Shown here: positions 45,310 to 58,038 of the stretch, piece by piece
Numbering within the stretch: position 1 is the stretch's first letter
Layout of the letters: the number at the start of each line of letters is the position of its first letter
Assembly: GCA_958009085.1 (NCBI GenBank)
Contig: OY253673.1
Location: 372,001-436,000 of the forward strand
DNA length: 64,000 nt
Reading direction: 5' to 3'
Source of the DNA: Protoeuglena noctilucae
Taxonomy: Eukaryota
Notes under the pieces: model-generated
The model's input: the letters and a program-made list of their open reading frames with translations, nothing else
The model's database searches: none
Told to the model about the DNA's origin: nothing
Position numbers and translations under genes: made by a program

Positions 45310-46136
45310 ATGACGGAGCTTGCGGGGAAGCTGGTGTGCCCAGGCGACCGGCTTGCGGCCGAGGGGCAGTACGCACTGGGGGAGGGGACATACGCGATGG
45401 ACGGGGTCATACGCGCATCTGTGTTGGGACTCGTGGGCGTGAACGCAGCAGGTACGAGCGTCAGTCGCTCGCAGCGCGGGACAGGGTGTGCTGCCCCGTG
45501 TCGGGCTTTGGTGCGCGAAGCGGACGCCGTTTCTCTCCCTGAGCGCAGCGCAAAGGGCGAAGAGCGGAGAGCCTAGCACGACGGACGGCGCGTCCTTCCT
45601 GCCGGTCGTCCAGGTCGCCCGCACCAAGGCGCACGCGGTGTCGCCCAAGCCCGGGGACGTTGTCACCGTGCGATGCACGCGCCTCTCCCAGCGCACCGCC
45701 GTCTGCGAGATTCTCACGGTAGGCCAGGTCGCGCTGCGGCAGAAGTTCACGGGCATCATCAAGCTCCAGGACGTGAGGGCGTTCGAGACCGACAGCACGG
45801 TGATGGCCAAGTGTTTCCGCCCCGGGGACATTATTCGGGCCGAGGTCGTCGGTCTGGTGAGTCACTATGCTGCTTCCCGAGCCATCTGCATCACCTGTTA
45901 GAGCGCCGCAGCGCACCGCGGAGTGCAGGTTGTGTGTGCCTCGGCGTGCGCAGGGTGACGCCAAGTCCTTCTTTCTGTCCACGGCCAAGAACACGCTGGG
46001 CGTCGTGTACGCCAAGTCGCAGACGTCGGGGCAGCCGATGACGCCCGTGAGCTGGACTCAGATGCGGTGCCCAGAGACGGGGGCGGTTGAGGATCGCAAG
46101 TGCGCTGCTGTGGGGCGCCAGGTGCAAGCCGCCTGA
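45310..46136 (+). CDS. CSL4: Exosome complex component CSL4/EXOSC1, spliced
   Basis: VCPGDRL...GEGTY....IRASVLG; PKPGDVVTVR; FTGIIKLQDVR; FRPGDIIRAEV; LSTAKNTLGVVYA; MRCPETGAVEDRK. Confidence 0.93.
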
Positions 46137-46261
46137 CAAGACCCTACCTCAGTGCCTCTTGCCTTCTCATCCTTTGTTTGCTCAGTTAGCATTTCTGAGA
46201 ACCTCAACCTTCAACGCTTTAAGAGAACCAGTGCCCACCCTCACGTGAGCACCGACCCTCC

Positions 46262-48583
46262 TCAGTTGTCCTCTGCCGCTCCCTCGCCCGCGGCGCTACC
46301 CCCGTGCTCGCGAACGAGCGCCGACATCTCCTTGGGGAAGCGCCGTGCCACCGTGGCGCTCTCGCGAATGTCCCACACCGACGCCAGGCCCTTGGCGCCA
46401 CCAGCCGCAAGCAGGAGGGGGTTAGCCGGGCAGAACTGCATGGCGAAGACGGCACCCGTGTGGACGTCCTCGGTCGCCAGCAGTCCCGGGGCGGCGCTGG
46501 ACACGTCCCAGAGCTTGACGCGCTTATCTGTCGACGCGGTAGCCAGGAGGCCCGGGATGGCAGGGCAGAAGCTGCGACGAGGTAAGCCGGAGTCACTTTG
46601 ACAACAGCGGGTGCGGATGCAGTCTCGAGGGGTCGATGGAAGCACCTATTACGGCATGTGTACCACTGGCGCAAGCGCGGTGCTGGAAGTCTCGCCTCAG
46701 GGCAGTCGTGGCCTTGTCGTGCGCCTGGAGGCGGTACATGGGCTTCGAGCCCGCCCCGAGACGTGCGTCGAAAGCGCATACCATGCCATCCTCGGACGAC
46801 ACCAGAAACACGGTCGGCTGTTCGGGGTGCCACGCGATTGTCTCCACGTCCGCTGCGGGGCAGGCAGCGGGGGCGTCACAACTGCCCCGCAAACCGCACG
46901 GTCCTTCCAAAGTCATCTCCGCATCTGCGCGGCTCCTCACCCGTAACCTCCCACCGCAGCTGGTTGTGCTCCGGGTCGCGCATGTCCAACACGTACGCCC
47001 GGTGGTCAAACCCGCCCGTCGCCAGGACGTTGGCCTCGGCGGGGTTCCAAAGCACCGACTGCACCTTGGACACGTGATGCGTGAGCGTCTGGGCGCACTC
47101 GCACTTGGCCAAGTCCCACACCTGCGGGGTGTGCAGGTGGGGCGGGTATCACATCACGCCCACCGCAACCTTGGGCGGGGCAGCCGAGTCCCGGCATTGT
47201 CGCGAACCCACCTTGACGGTGGCGTCCGCCGACCCGCTGACCAGCACGTTTCGCACGTGGGAATTCCAACTGAGCGACATCACGGCGTCCTCGTGCGACC
47301 CCGGCTGGAACACCAGCGTGGCTTTCTTGCCCTTCTTCTTGCGTTTCTTCTTCTCCTCTGCGCTCCGCTCCTCGTCCACGCCCCCCAGCACGACCACGGG
47401 GTCCACGGCGTCCACCACATCCAGGTCCCACACCTCGATACCCGGGGCCATCGACCCCACCGCAGCCAGGGATCCTGGCGCGTCGGGCTCCTTGGGGTTG
47501 AACCCCATCCACCCCACGCTGCGGCGGCACGGACCCGCGGCGCTCATCTCCCTGCCTGCAGCCGCACGCAGCCACCGCCCCGCCGTGCCACGCCTGGCAG
47601 CGACATCAAAAGTCCTCGCCAACCCTCACCAGAGCGGGAAGGCCGGCAGCATGATGTCGTGGTGCACGAACAGGTTCCCGCCCTGCACGTTGTCCGCAGC
47701 CTCGTAGACGTACACCTCCAAGTGCCCCACCTCGTCCTCATTGCGCGCCGCCAGAAACACCAAGTCGGTCGCCCGCAGCTCCATCTCGTCCATCTCGCTC
47801 TCGTCGTCCCCCCCCTCGATGTTCGGGTCGTCCTCCGGGTTGTCTGCACGCAAGTGCAGTGCTACCCACATCGCAATCGTAACGCCCACCACGGCGCTCT
47901 GCTCGACCAGCCCACTCGCCCACAAACTATGCTCAGTGTCCACCAGGCCACGGCCCACATGCGCGGCTCTCACCGTAGTACGTGCCCACCCCAAACAGCC
48001 TCTCCTCCACCTCCTCTTCGTCATACGCATCCATGTCCAGCTCCTCCATCATGTTCTCCAGAGACCTCCCATTTTTGTCTTTCTGCTGCCGCTTCGTGGA
48101 TGCGATCTGCGACGCCACCAACCTCGCGCGGGCCACCTCGTCCTCCGACCCGCTCCCTGCGTGCAGCGGGGACCCCCCCAGGGTCACGCAGGGGTGCCGA
48201 CAACGAGTTACGCGAAGCCAACCCCCTTCGCCTCACCCTCTGCAACGTCGGCATCAGACATGGACTCCTCCTCATCCTCAGAGTCCTCGGAAGGCTCCCT
48301 GCGAGAAACAGTGCCAAGGTCGTAGGGCACGAGGCAAATTTTCCCGGCCGGCGATGCGTGGCAAGAGAGCGGCGGGTGCATTGCAATGCTACTCTCTGTC
48401 GCAACTAAGCGACACGGTTTGGCAGCGATACGGTGCGGGCTGAGGCGGGCTGAGCGTGACGTACCTGGCTGGGCGCTTGTGTGCAGCTTCCCGAATCGCC
48501 CTGAGCTCCTCCTCCGTCGGCTCCGCGCGCTTAGGCGTCCTCGCCGCTGCCCCCGGGGGTATCCATGCGATGGAGGATATCAT
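46262..48583 (-). CDS. PWP1: Periodic tryptophan protein 1 (WD40, ribosome biogenesis), spliced
   Basis: MISSIAWIPPG, ELDMDAYD, LEVYVYE...NLFVHHDIMLPAFPL, IEVWDLDVVDAVDPVVVLGG, WD repeats, LATASTDKRVKLWD. Confidence 0.92.
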
Positions 48584-48934
48584 CGCGGCGGGCCGGGCGT
48601 GGCCGCCCGCGCACTGGCCGCCGGCTGGGAGCCCCGCCCCAGGGGATCGCGGAACCCGACGTCGGTACCAATGTCAGCAAACCAGCTATTTGAACGTGTA
48701 GGCAAGCAAGCGAAGGGGTAGCTCGCTGTCTGCTTGCGACACAGGACTTCAGGAACGAAGTTGTCCCTCTTGGCGAAACTCTGGGTCCAGGGGCGGTTGT
48801 GGGAGTCGCGTGCCTGATTAAGTAGCTCTCAAAGTGTACGCCCGTGCACGGATACCGACCATTCGACCGCTTCGACGCTGTCAGCCTCTTGTCAGGAACG
48901 CGTAGCGTGGCGTCTCTTCACCCCCGAGCCACCG

Positions 48935-50976
48935 ATGGGAGCGGCAGAGCGGCGAGCGTTCGTGCCGACGGCCATGTCGATGCTGGCGACCCTCAGGTCC
49001 GCGCCCGCCGCGTCTTCGCGGGCGGAGCACAAGGGTGTCACTGCGCGGAGGTCCGCAGGTGACAGGCGGGCCTGCCTGGCCGCTGGCCCCCCATGCCAGC
49101 TGACACTTATAGCCCACCGTGCATCGCTGGGGTCTCCCCGGCTGAAAGCACTGGGCTTTCGATCACGGCGTGGCTATTCGGACAACCGGGGTGCTGGGCC
49201 TCCTCGCCTGCCGCAGCGACGCACGTTTCGTGCTCAAGACATGTTGCTTTTGCCGCCCTCCTCGCCTGATTGCCTCCCGGGGAGTCCGGGGTCCTCCCAG
49301 CCATGATCGCCTTCTTGGCCCCGATTCCGCCCCGATGGGGCAGCTATCATCGGGAGGGATCGCTCGATGAACGTTTTTGCTGCCACAAATGTTCCTTTAG
49401 CGTTGCCGCGCTCTTCGGACCCCCCTCTCGGCGGATTGGCGTGCGGTGGCCCAGCTGGCATCTCAAGTCCCCCTGGGACGGGCAGGGGCCCTGGCCCGGC
49501 AAGTGGTCGTGTAAGGGAAACGCATAGTCCTGCTGCTCCCCCCCCCGCAGCCGCGCCCCGGCAGGTGCAATGCCACGCATCTGCTGATGGCCAGGAAATC
49601 TCACGGAGGCACCTGCTCTCCCTCGGCGTCGCGGTGAGCATGCCAGCCGGCGAAGCGGGCGGTTCGTGAAACGCAAGGCCGCCTGTTGCCATTGCGGCCT
49701 CGATGCGCGGGGGGGGCTCGCGAGCCTGGCTGCCCGCGCTCGTCGCAGGCGGGAGCGGCCCTGCAGCTGACCGCGCCGGGCGCGGCGAGCGCCGGGCTGT
49801 TTGGAGATGACGGGCCCAGGTCAGACTGGAAGCGCATCTCCCTCGATCTCGACCCGGGCGTGGTGCTGCTGGACATCGCCTTCGTGGACGACAAGCGGGG
49901 CTTCCTGCTGGGCACGCGCCAGCTGCTCATGGAGACCAACGACGGCGGTATGACGTGGAAGAAGCGCGACGTGGCGTCCATCAACGGTGGGGGCCGCGGG
50001 GGCGTCGGGGAAGCAACGGGTAGATGCGAATGGGACGTCGCGCTGAGGATGCGCCCCTTCCCCGATTGCTCGCAGAGGAGGGTTTCAACTACCGCTTCAA
50101 CTCGGTGTCTTTCAACGGCCAGGAGGGCTGGATCGTGGGCAAGCCGGCCATCCTGCTGCACACGAAGAACGGCGGGGAGAGCTGGGAGCGCATCCCGCTG
50201 TCGGCCAAGCTGCCGGGCACCCCGGTCCGCATCGTGGCGGGCTCGGGCGAGGGCCAGGCGGAGATGGTGACGGACGCGGGCGCCATCTACACCACGGACA
50301 ACACGGCCTACACCTGGCGCGCGGCGGTGGAGGAGACGGTCGATGCCACGCTCAACCGCACTGTGTCTTCGGGCATCTCCGGGGCATCCTACTACGAGGG
50401 GTCCTTCTCCGGCGTCACGCGCGGCCCTGACGTGAGTCGCCGCGGCCGTGGGCGGTGGCGGGGATACACATGCCGATGCGTGGGGGCATGCACACATGGA
50501 CGTCTGCCCTTGTGCGCCCTCGCCTGCAGGGCTCGTACATCGGGGTCTCCTCCCGCGGGAACTTCTACATGACGTGGCGGCCGGGCCAGACGTACTGGCA
50601 GCCGCACAACCGCCCGTCGACGCGGCGCATCCAGGCGATGGGCTTCTGCCCCAACGGCAACATGTGGCTGACCACGCGCGCCGGCGACGTGTACCTGGCC
50701 GCGGACCAGGGCGTCGAGTGCGAGCGCTTCGCGCAGTCCAAGATCGGCTCCCGGGGCTTCGGGGTCCTGGACCTCGGATTCGTCGACGACCGCCGGGGGT
50801 ACGCGGTGGGTGGCGGGGGCTCGCTTTTCAAGACGGAGGACGCGGGCAGGACGTGGAAGCGCGACCGGAGCACGGACGACATCCCCGCGAACCTCTACGA
50901 GGTCAAGTTCGTGCGGCCCAACCTCAGCTTCGTGCTCGGCAACGACGGTGTGCTCCTCCGCACGTCCACCGCCTGA
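48935..50976 (+). CDS. HCF136: Photosystem II assembly factor HCF136/Ycf48, spliced; start 48935 or 48974
   Basis: Tat motif ISRRHLL; DPGVVLLDIAF, GFLLGTRQLLMETNDGG, EGFNYRFNSVSF, GWIVGKPAILLHT, SSRGNFY, WQPHNR, ANLYEVKF, GNDGVLLR. Confidence 0.96.
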
Positions 50977-51104
50977 GCGCGGGCGTAGGTGGGGCCCCAC
51001 GCGGCCCGACATCAAGCGATTCTGTAGAGCTGCGCCCGTCACGCCGTATAGTCATTGAAGGGTACCAGCACGCCTCGTCACTGCTACCAGGAATGGTCAA
51101 TGCA

Positions 51105-54100
51105 TCAATCCCCCTCAGACGCGTCCATGCCACTTCCGTCCATGTCCGCATCGGAGCCGGGCCCCATGCCCTGCAGCGCAAGTAACAGGAGTTATATGAG
51201 CCCATGTCCAATGGCGCTCTGCCTGTGGTGGGTGATGGGCGAGCAGAGGCCAAGCCGCACAAAGGCAGGGAGCTCGCCTGGCTCTCCAGGTCGATCACGA
51301 GCACGCGGTTGCCGGATCCCGAGACGAGGCACAGCCCCCGCTGCATGCCCACCGACAGCATCAGCCCCGGTCCCTCCAGGTCCAGCCGCAGTTCCCGCGA
51401 CCCCAGGGCTTCCCAAGGGAGCAAAGCGCCCTGAGAAATACACGCGTCCGCGGCATCTTCACCCTGCGTACGCGGCAAGCACGCGAGGGCGGGTCAGGCG
51501 TCGCAGTCAGGCTGAACGTGCCGCGCATGTTTTTGCTCGCAGCACTGTTGGGCTGCTCCACCTGCTCGGGGCCGACTGGGACCCAGTCGTCTCTGCTGAG
51601 CGCGACGAGGGCCAAGAGGGAACCGCCGTCCCGGGCCTCCAAAAGGACGGCGAGGCTGGGGCCACGGTACCACGCCATCGACGCCAGGCGCGTGCTTTGT
51701 GGGAGGAGCAGGAGGGTACCGGTGCGAGCCGCGAGGTCCATCACGACGATTCCGGGGACGCCGAGCGCCAGGGGCAGGCACTCTTGTGCGAACAGCGGGG
51801 CGTCGATGCCATGTGATGCGTGTGCAGGAGAGTGGGGCACGAGGAGACTGGACGGGACAGGCGAGCCTTGCAGATCCAGCTCCCCTGTGGGGATGAACAT
51901 GGACGCCTGCGCGGCACGTGGCGAGGGCCGCGTGAAGGGAGACATGAGGCGGTGAACGACAGGTGAGACGGACTGCGATGCAGGGTCTCACCTCGAGCGT
52001 CACGGGAAGGACCCAGGTGGCCTCCATCCGGGCAAGCAGATCGAGCGCTGAGTCGAGTAGCTCGTGCAGTCCAGCGCTTGTGAGTTTCGAACCGGAACCA
52101 GTGACCCCGCACGCCGCCAGGAGAGCGTCTGGGGCAGCGCCGTGGTGGCGACAGGGCTTGCCCGCACCCTCGAGGTCGTGCTCGATACCGGGCTCGCAGA
52201 AGAGGCCCCGGGGCCGGAGGAAGTCCACCAGCAGCTGCGCATCCACCTGCAATGCACCGATATCTTGGCAGCTTTGGCACGCAGAGAGCGGGCTCAGTCG
52301 GCAGTTGCGACCTGCTACTCTACACTGCTCGGCCCATGCTACTGCTGATGCTGTGCAGCTAAGCGCCATCACTCGTCATCACCTCGAATGTCGACACGTC
52401 GACCTCTTCTGTCACGTGGATGGCGCCCAGACGGTACGCGAGCTGCCACAGCCACGAGAAGAGCGCCGTGAAGCCCAGGAGCAAGTCGGCCAGGCGCGCC
52501 TCCAGCGCCGCTGCCCGTGCATGGAGCGCCCGACACAGGGCCCGCGTCTCCCAAAGGTCGACCCCCGCGGCCCGCGCTGCGTGCCCAGAGATACAGGACG
52601 CTGGCATCAAATGGGCCTCGTCACCATGTTGAAGCGTAGACGATTACAAGGTGGTATCTAACCATCAAGATGGGGCTCGGACGAAGCCTGGGGTCCGGTG
52701 TGAGACTCGCCTGCATCGCCGCGCCACGCCTCCCCCAGTGCGCCCAGGTCGGGCAGCAGCACTGCCAGGTTGCGGACCTGCCAGGCGAGCGAGGTCATTA
52801 CGGCCGTGTGCATCGTCTCAAGCGCCCCCGTCACCACCCGCGCGAGCTGGCGGATGGTCACGCCGCCCGCATCGCTCTCCAACCTGAGGTGCACAGGGCA
52901 CATGCCCTTAGTGGGGTGGGTGCAGGGCCTACACCCAGCCCATGACACCCCTGCAAGCCTTAACGACACGTGCACTATATACCGATCGATTCATAACAAT
53001 CGTTGGGCCCTCACCATTCCCGGAAGGTGGCCTCAGGAACCCCTCCCACGAGCGCCTGCCTCAGCACATCGGCGGTCTCTGAGAAGGGGTCGCCGGGATC
53101 GAAAGAGCCCCGGATACTCTTGCACGCTGCATGCAGCATCTTGCGAGGCGCCTGCCACGCCTGGCTGACCGTCCGCAGCGCCCCCTGGGTGGCAGCCAGG
53201 GCCGCACGCAGCGCCAGGGTGTGTGCGGCAGCGGCATGCGCCTGAGAGGAAAGGGCCTGGAGGGCCGCCGTGGAGAACACGGCGACGTCGCTGCCGCGCG
53301 CCGTCGATCGCACGGACACGAGGCGGCCGAGGTCGGCAGACAGCTGCGCATCATGACGCGCCGACAACTGGGGAGCCTCCGCGCGCCCGGACGTGCTCGC
53401 GAGGGGCGAGTCTGTCCGCCCGACCCGGACCGCCCCCAAAGCCAGGAGCTCCAGCGACCCCTCCGCGCCAGCCGCGGTCAGGACGGTGAAGCCCTGCCCA
53501 GCACACATGTCCTCAAAATCGGGGTCTAAGGGCGGAGGTGCCAGGGGCCCTGCCTGCTTGCCTGCGTTTGCAAGGGTCACAACAGCGCATGACGACGTCG
53601 GAAGAACCCGGAGTAGATCAAGGGGCTCGGCATCGCGCCCCCACGCCCCGGCTCGCACCGGCAGCGTCGTCGGACGGCTCAGCCGTGAGCATCGCGCACG
53701 GGCGTATCAAAGACTCTGTCGTGCGTGGGGGCGACGTCTTGGGCGCAGCGTCTGTCCAGCTGAGGCTGAGGATGGCCGCGTAGGGTTCCTGCCCGGGATC
53801 CACCAAATGGGTGCCCGACTCGACCCGCACGATCGTAGGGCCCTTGTCCGTGCCCAGCGCGAGCAGCTTGCCGTCCGGCCGCCAGCAGCACGACACCGCG
53901 GACACGCTGACGCTTGCCGTCTGCTGCCACGTCATCCGGTGGATCGTCACCGCATTCCCAGCGGCGTTGGTCACTGCCACGAGGTCCATGCTGGGACACC
54001 ATGATGCCCCTGCGTGGGGAGGCGGCAGGGCGCGCGATGTCATCAACACTTCGTACGCTATCCTTCCTTGCGGCAGTCGCCCGCGAAGCTCATGAGAGCA

Positions 54101-54187
54101 CGGCGCACCACCAACTCCCGTCGCGACCGCCTTGTTCGTCTCGATGCTGAAGGCAGGGACGTCGCGTGCCTCCTCCTCCTCCTCCAT
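51105..54187 (-). CDS. APC4: Anaphase-promoting complex subunit 4, spliced; internal exons and last exon approximate
   Basis: WCPSMDLVAV...IHRMTWQ...WRPDGKLLALG (ANAPC4 WD40), helical middle (FTALFSWL), C-terminal RGLCLV..NRVLVIDLE with acidic tail. Confidence 0.82.
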
Positions 54188-54514
54188 CGTTTGCAGTCCG
54201 CAAGATTGCGGGCACGCGACGCCGCGCCGGGCAGGAACAGGGAGCGAACGGGGCCTGAACAGACAGACCCCTGCCTCGTCCAAGCTAGCGCTCCGATGGG
54301 GATGTGGATGATGCCGCGCAGTAACATGAACAGCGCACAGAAGTCACGCGACCTCAGCACGGAATCAAGCTCACAGTTCTGGCTATGGATGGATCTGGCG
54401 CCGGTTCGCAGGTCCCCGCCGAGCTTTGTTGCGTCGCAACGGCTCCTTCTCGCCCCATCCTCGCTCAGCTGAAAAGAGCGACTAGTAGTGTGTCATCATC
54501 GGTGGGTAGACGCC

Positions 54515-55232
54515 ATGACGGTCCCTGTGAGCGCGCGGCTGCCGGCTCGGGTGGGGAGTGTACGTGGTCCAGGAGTGAGGGCCCAGGGGCCGAGGCGGCG
54601 GCTCGCGACTGGCGTAGTGAGGGCAGAGTCGCCAAAGCAGGGGAGCGGCACCACGAGCCTGGGGCCGTTCAAGGTGGAGAGCGAGTCGGCGGGGGAGGCG
54701 CCCAAGGACGACACGCCTTCGACATCTGGGCAGTCTCCCAACCCCCCGAGCAGCAAGGTGTGGCGCTCAACTCTTGAAGTTTGCGCTGTTGGGCAAAGCA
54801 AGCTGACAGCCCGCGCGGGGAGCGCGCGCGCGACGCGTGTCTATCCGGGGCTGCGCAGCCGCAGGATGCCGAGCCCGCCGTCCGCCCGACGGTGAGCGAG
54901 CTCCCCGTCAAAACTGAGGTCGTGAAGAAGGGGCTGTTGGATGTGAGTGACTCTGCGGAGACTCATCGCGCAGCGAAAAGCCAGCTCCACTGCATCGCCG
55001 GCCCGTGCTCCTGCTCAAACCCGCCACGAGGTGGGCGATGCAGGGCTTTCGCGTCAACCATGTGCTGTGTTTTCCGCAGGGGGCGTTGGACGAGGCGAAG
55101 CTAATCGACTGGCCGTCGCTGGGGAGTGCATCCGTGCAGACGGGGGTGGTCGTGCTCATCATCTTCGGATCCACGGCCCTGCTCATTGCTGTCAACACCG
55201 CTCTCGCTCAAGTATCGCAGCTCCTGTTCTGA
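54515..55232 (+). CDS. secE: Chloroplast SecE translocase subunit, spliced
   Basis: Transit peptide, then GALDEAKLIDWPSLGSASVQTGVVVLIIFGSTALLIAVNTALAQVSQLLF (E..LI.WP + single TM helix). Confidence 0.88.
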
Positions 55233-55336
55233 GACATCTTTAAACGCAATCCGCTGATTGCAGCCCTCTGCCCAAAAGCGTCCGCATCCCGGGCGGCCAC
55301 GACGATGGTTCACGCGCGCACCCGGCCACCTCTGCG

Positions 55337-57432
<2,096 letters not shown>

Positions 57433-58038
57433 GATGCGACCCGCGCAAGCGCGCCAGGCCACGCTCGCGGACGCCGTCCCTCGCGGGCTCTCGGGCCAAG
57501 CCGCCGCGCGGCTCCGGGTTAGGGCAGGGGCGTCTACCTGCTGGCCGGGGCCACTCGGCGCGACACCGGCGATGCCCGGGGACGCGGTCGAGGTATAGAA
57601 TGCGCAGGCGAGGCCCGCGTCGGGGGGATTCCGCCGCGCGGTGGCGCCAGACCCTGGTGCAGGGTCTGAGGTTCGCGGCCCCGCGTGCTCGACGCTCCCC
57701 GCGGCCGCCGCTAGCGGCCAACTCGTATCATTTCACGCCAAACGACCCTGCGTGAGCGGGCGTCGCGCAGCGGCCATTCGAGTTGCACCGGGCGGGCGGG
57801 CCGTCCGCGGGTTCTGGGAGCGCTCCTGGCGCGGAGAGCGGTCCCGGTTTCGCCTCCCGGCTCGCGCGAGAGCCGCGCGCCGGGCCCGCCGGGGACGGGC
57901 ACCGGGCCAGGGCGGTCCAGTTCGGCAGCACAAGGCCAGGATGAGTTGTTGAGCGCGGGGGGGATCTTCTTCGCATCGGCTTAGTCGCCCGGGCCGCGCT
58001 TCCGCGCCTGTCGGCCGCTCGGGTCGGGGGAAGTCGGG

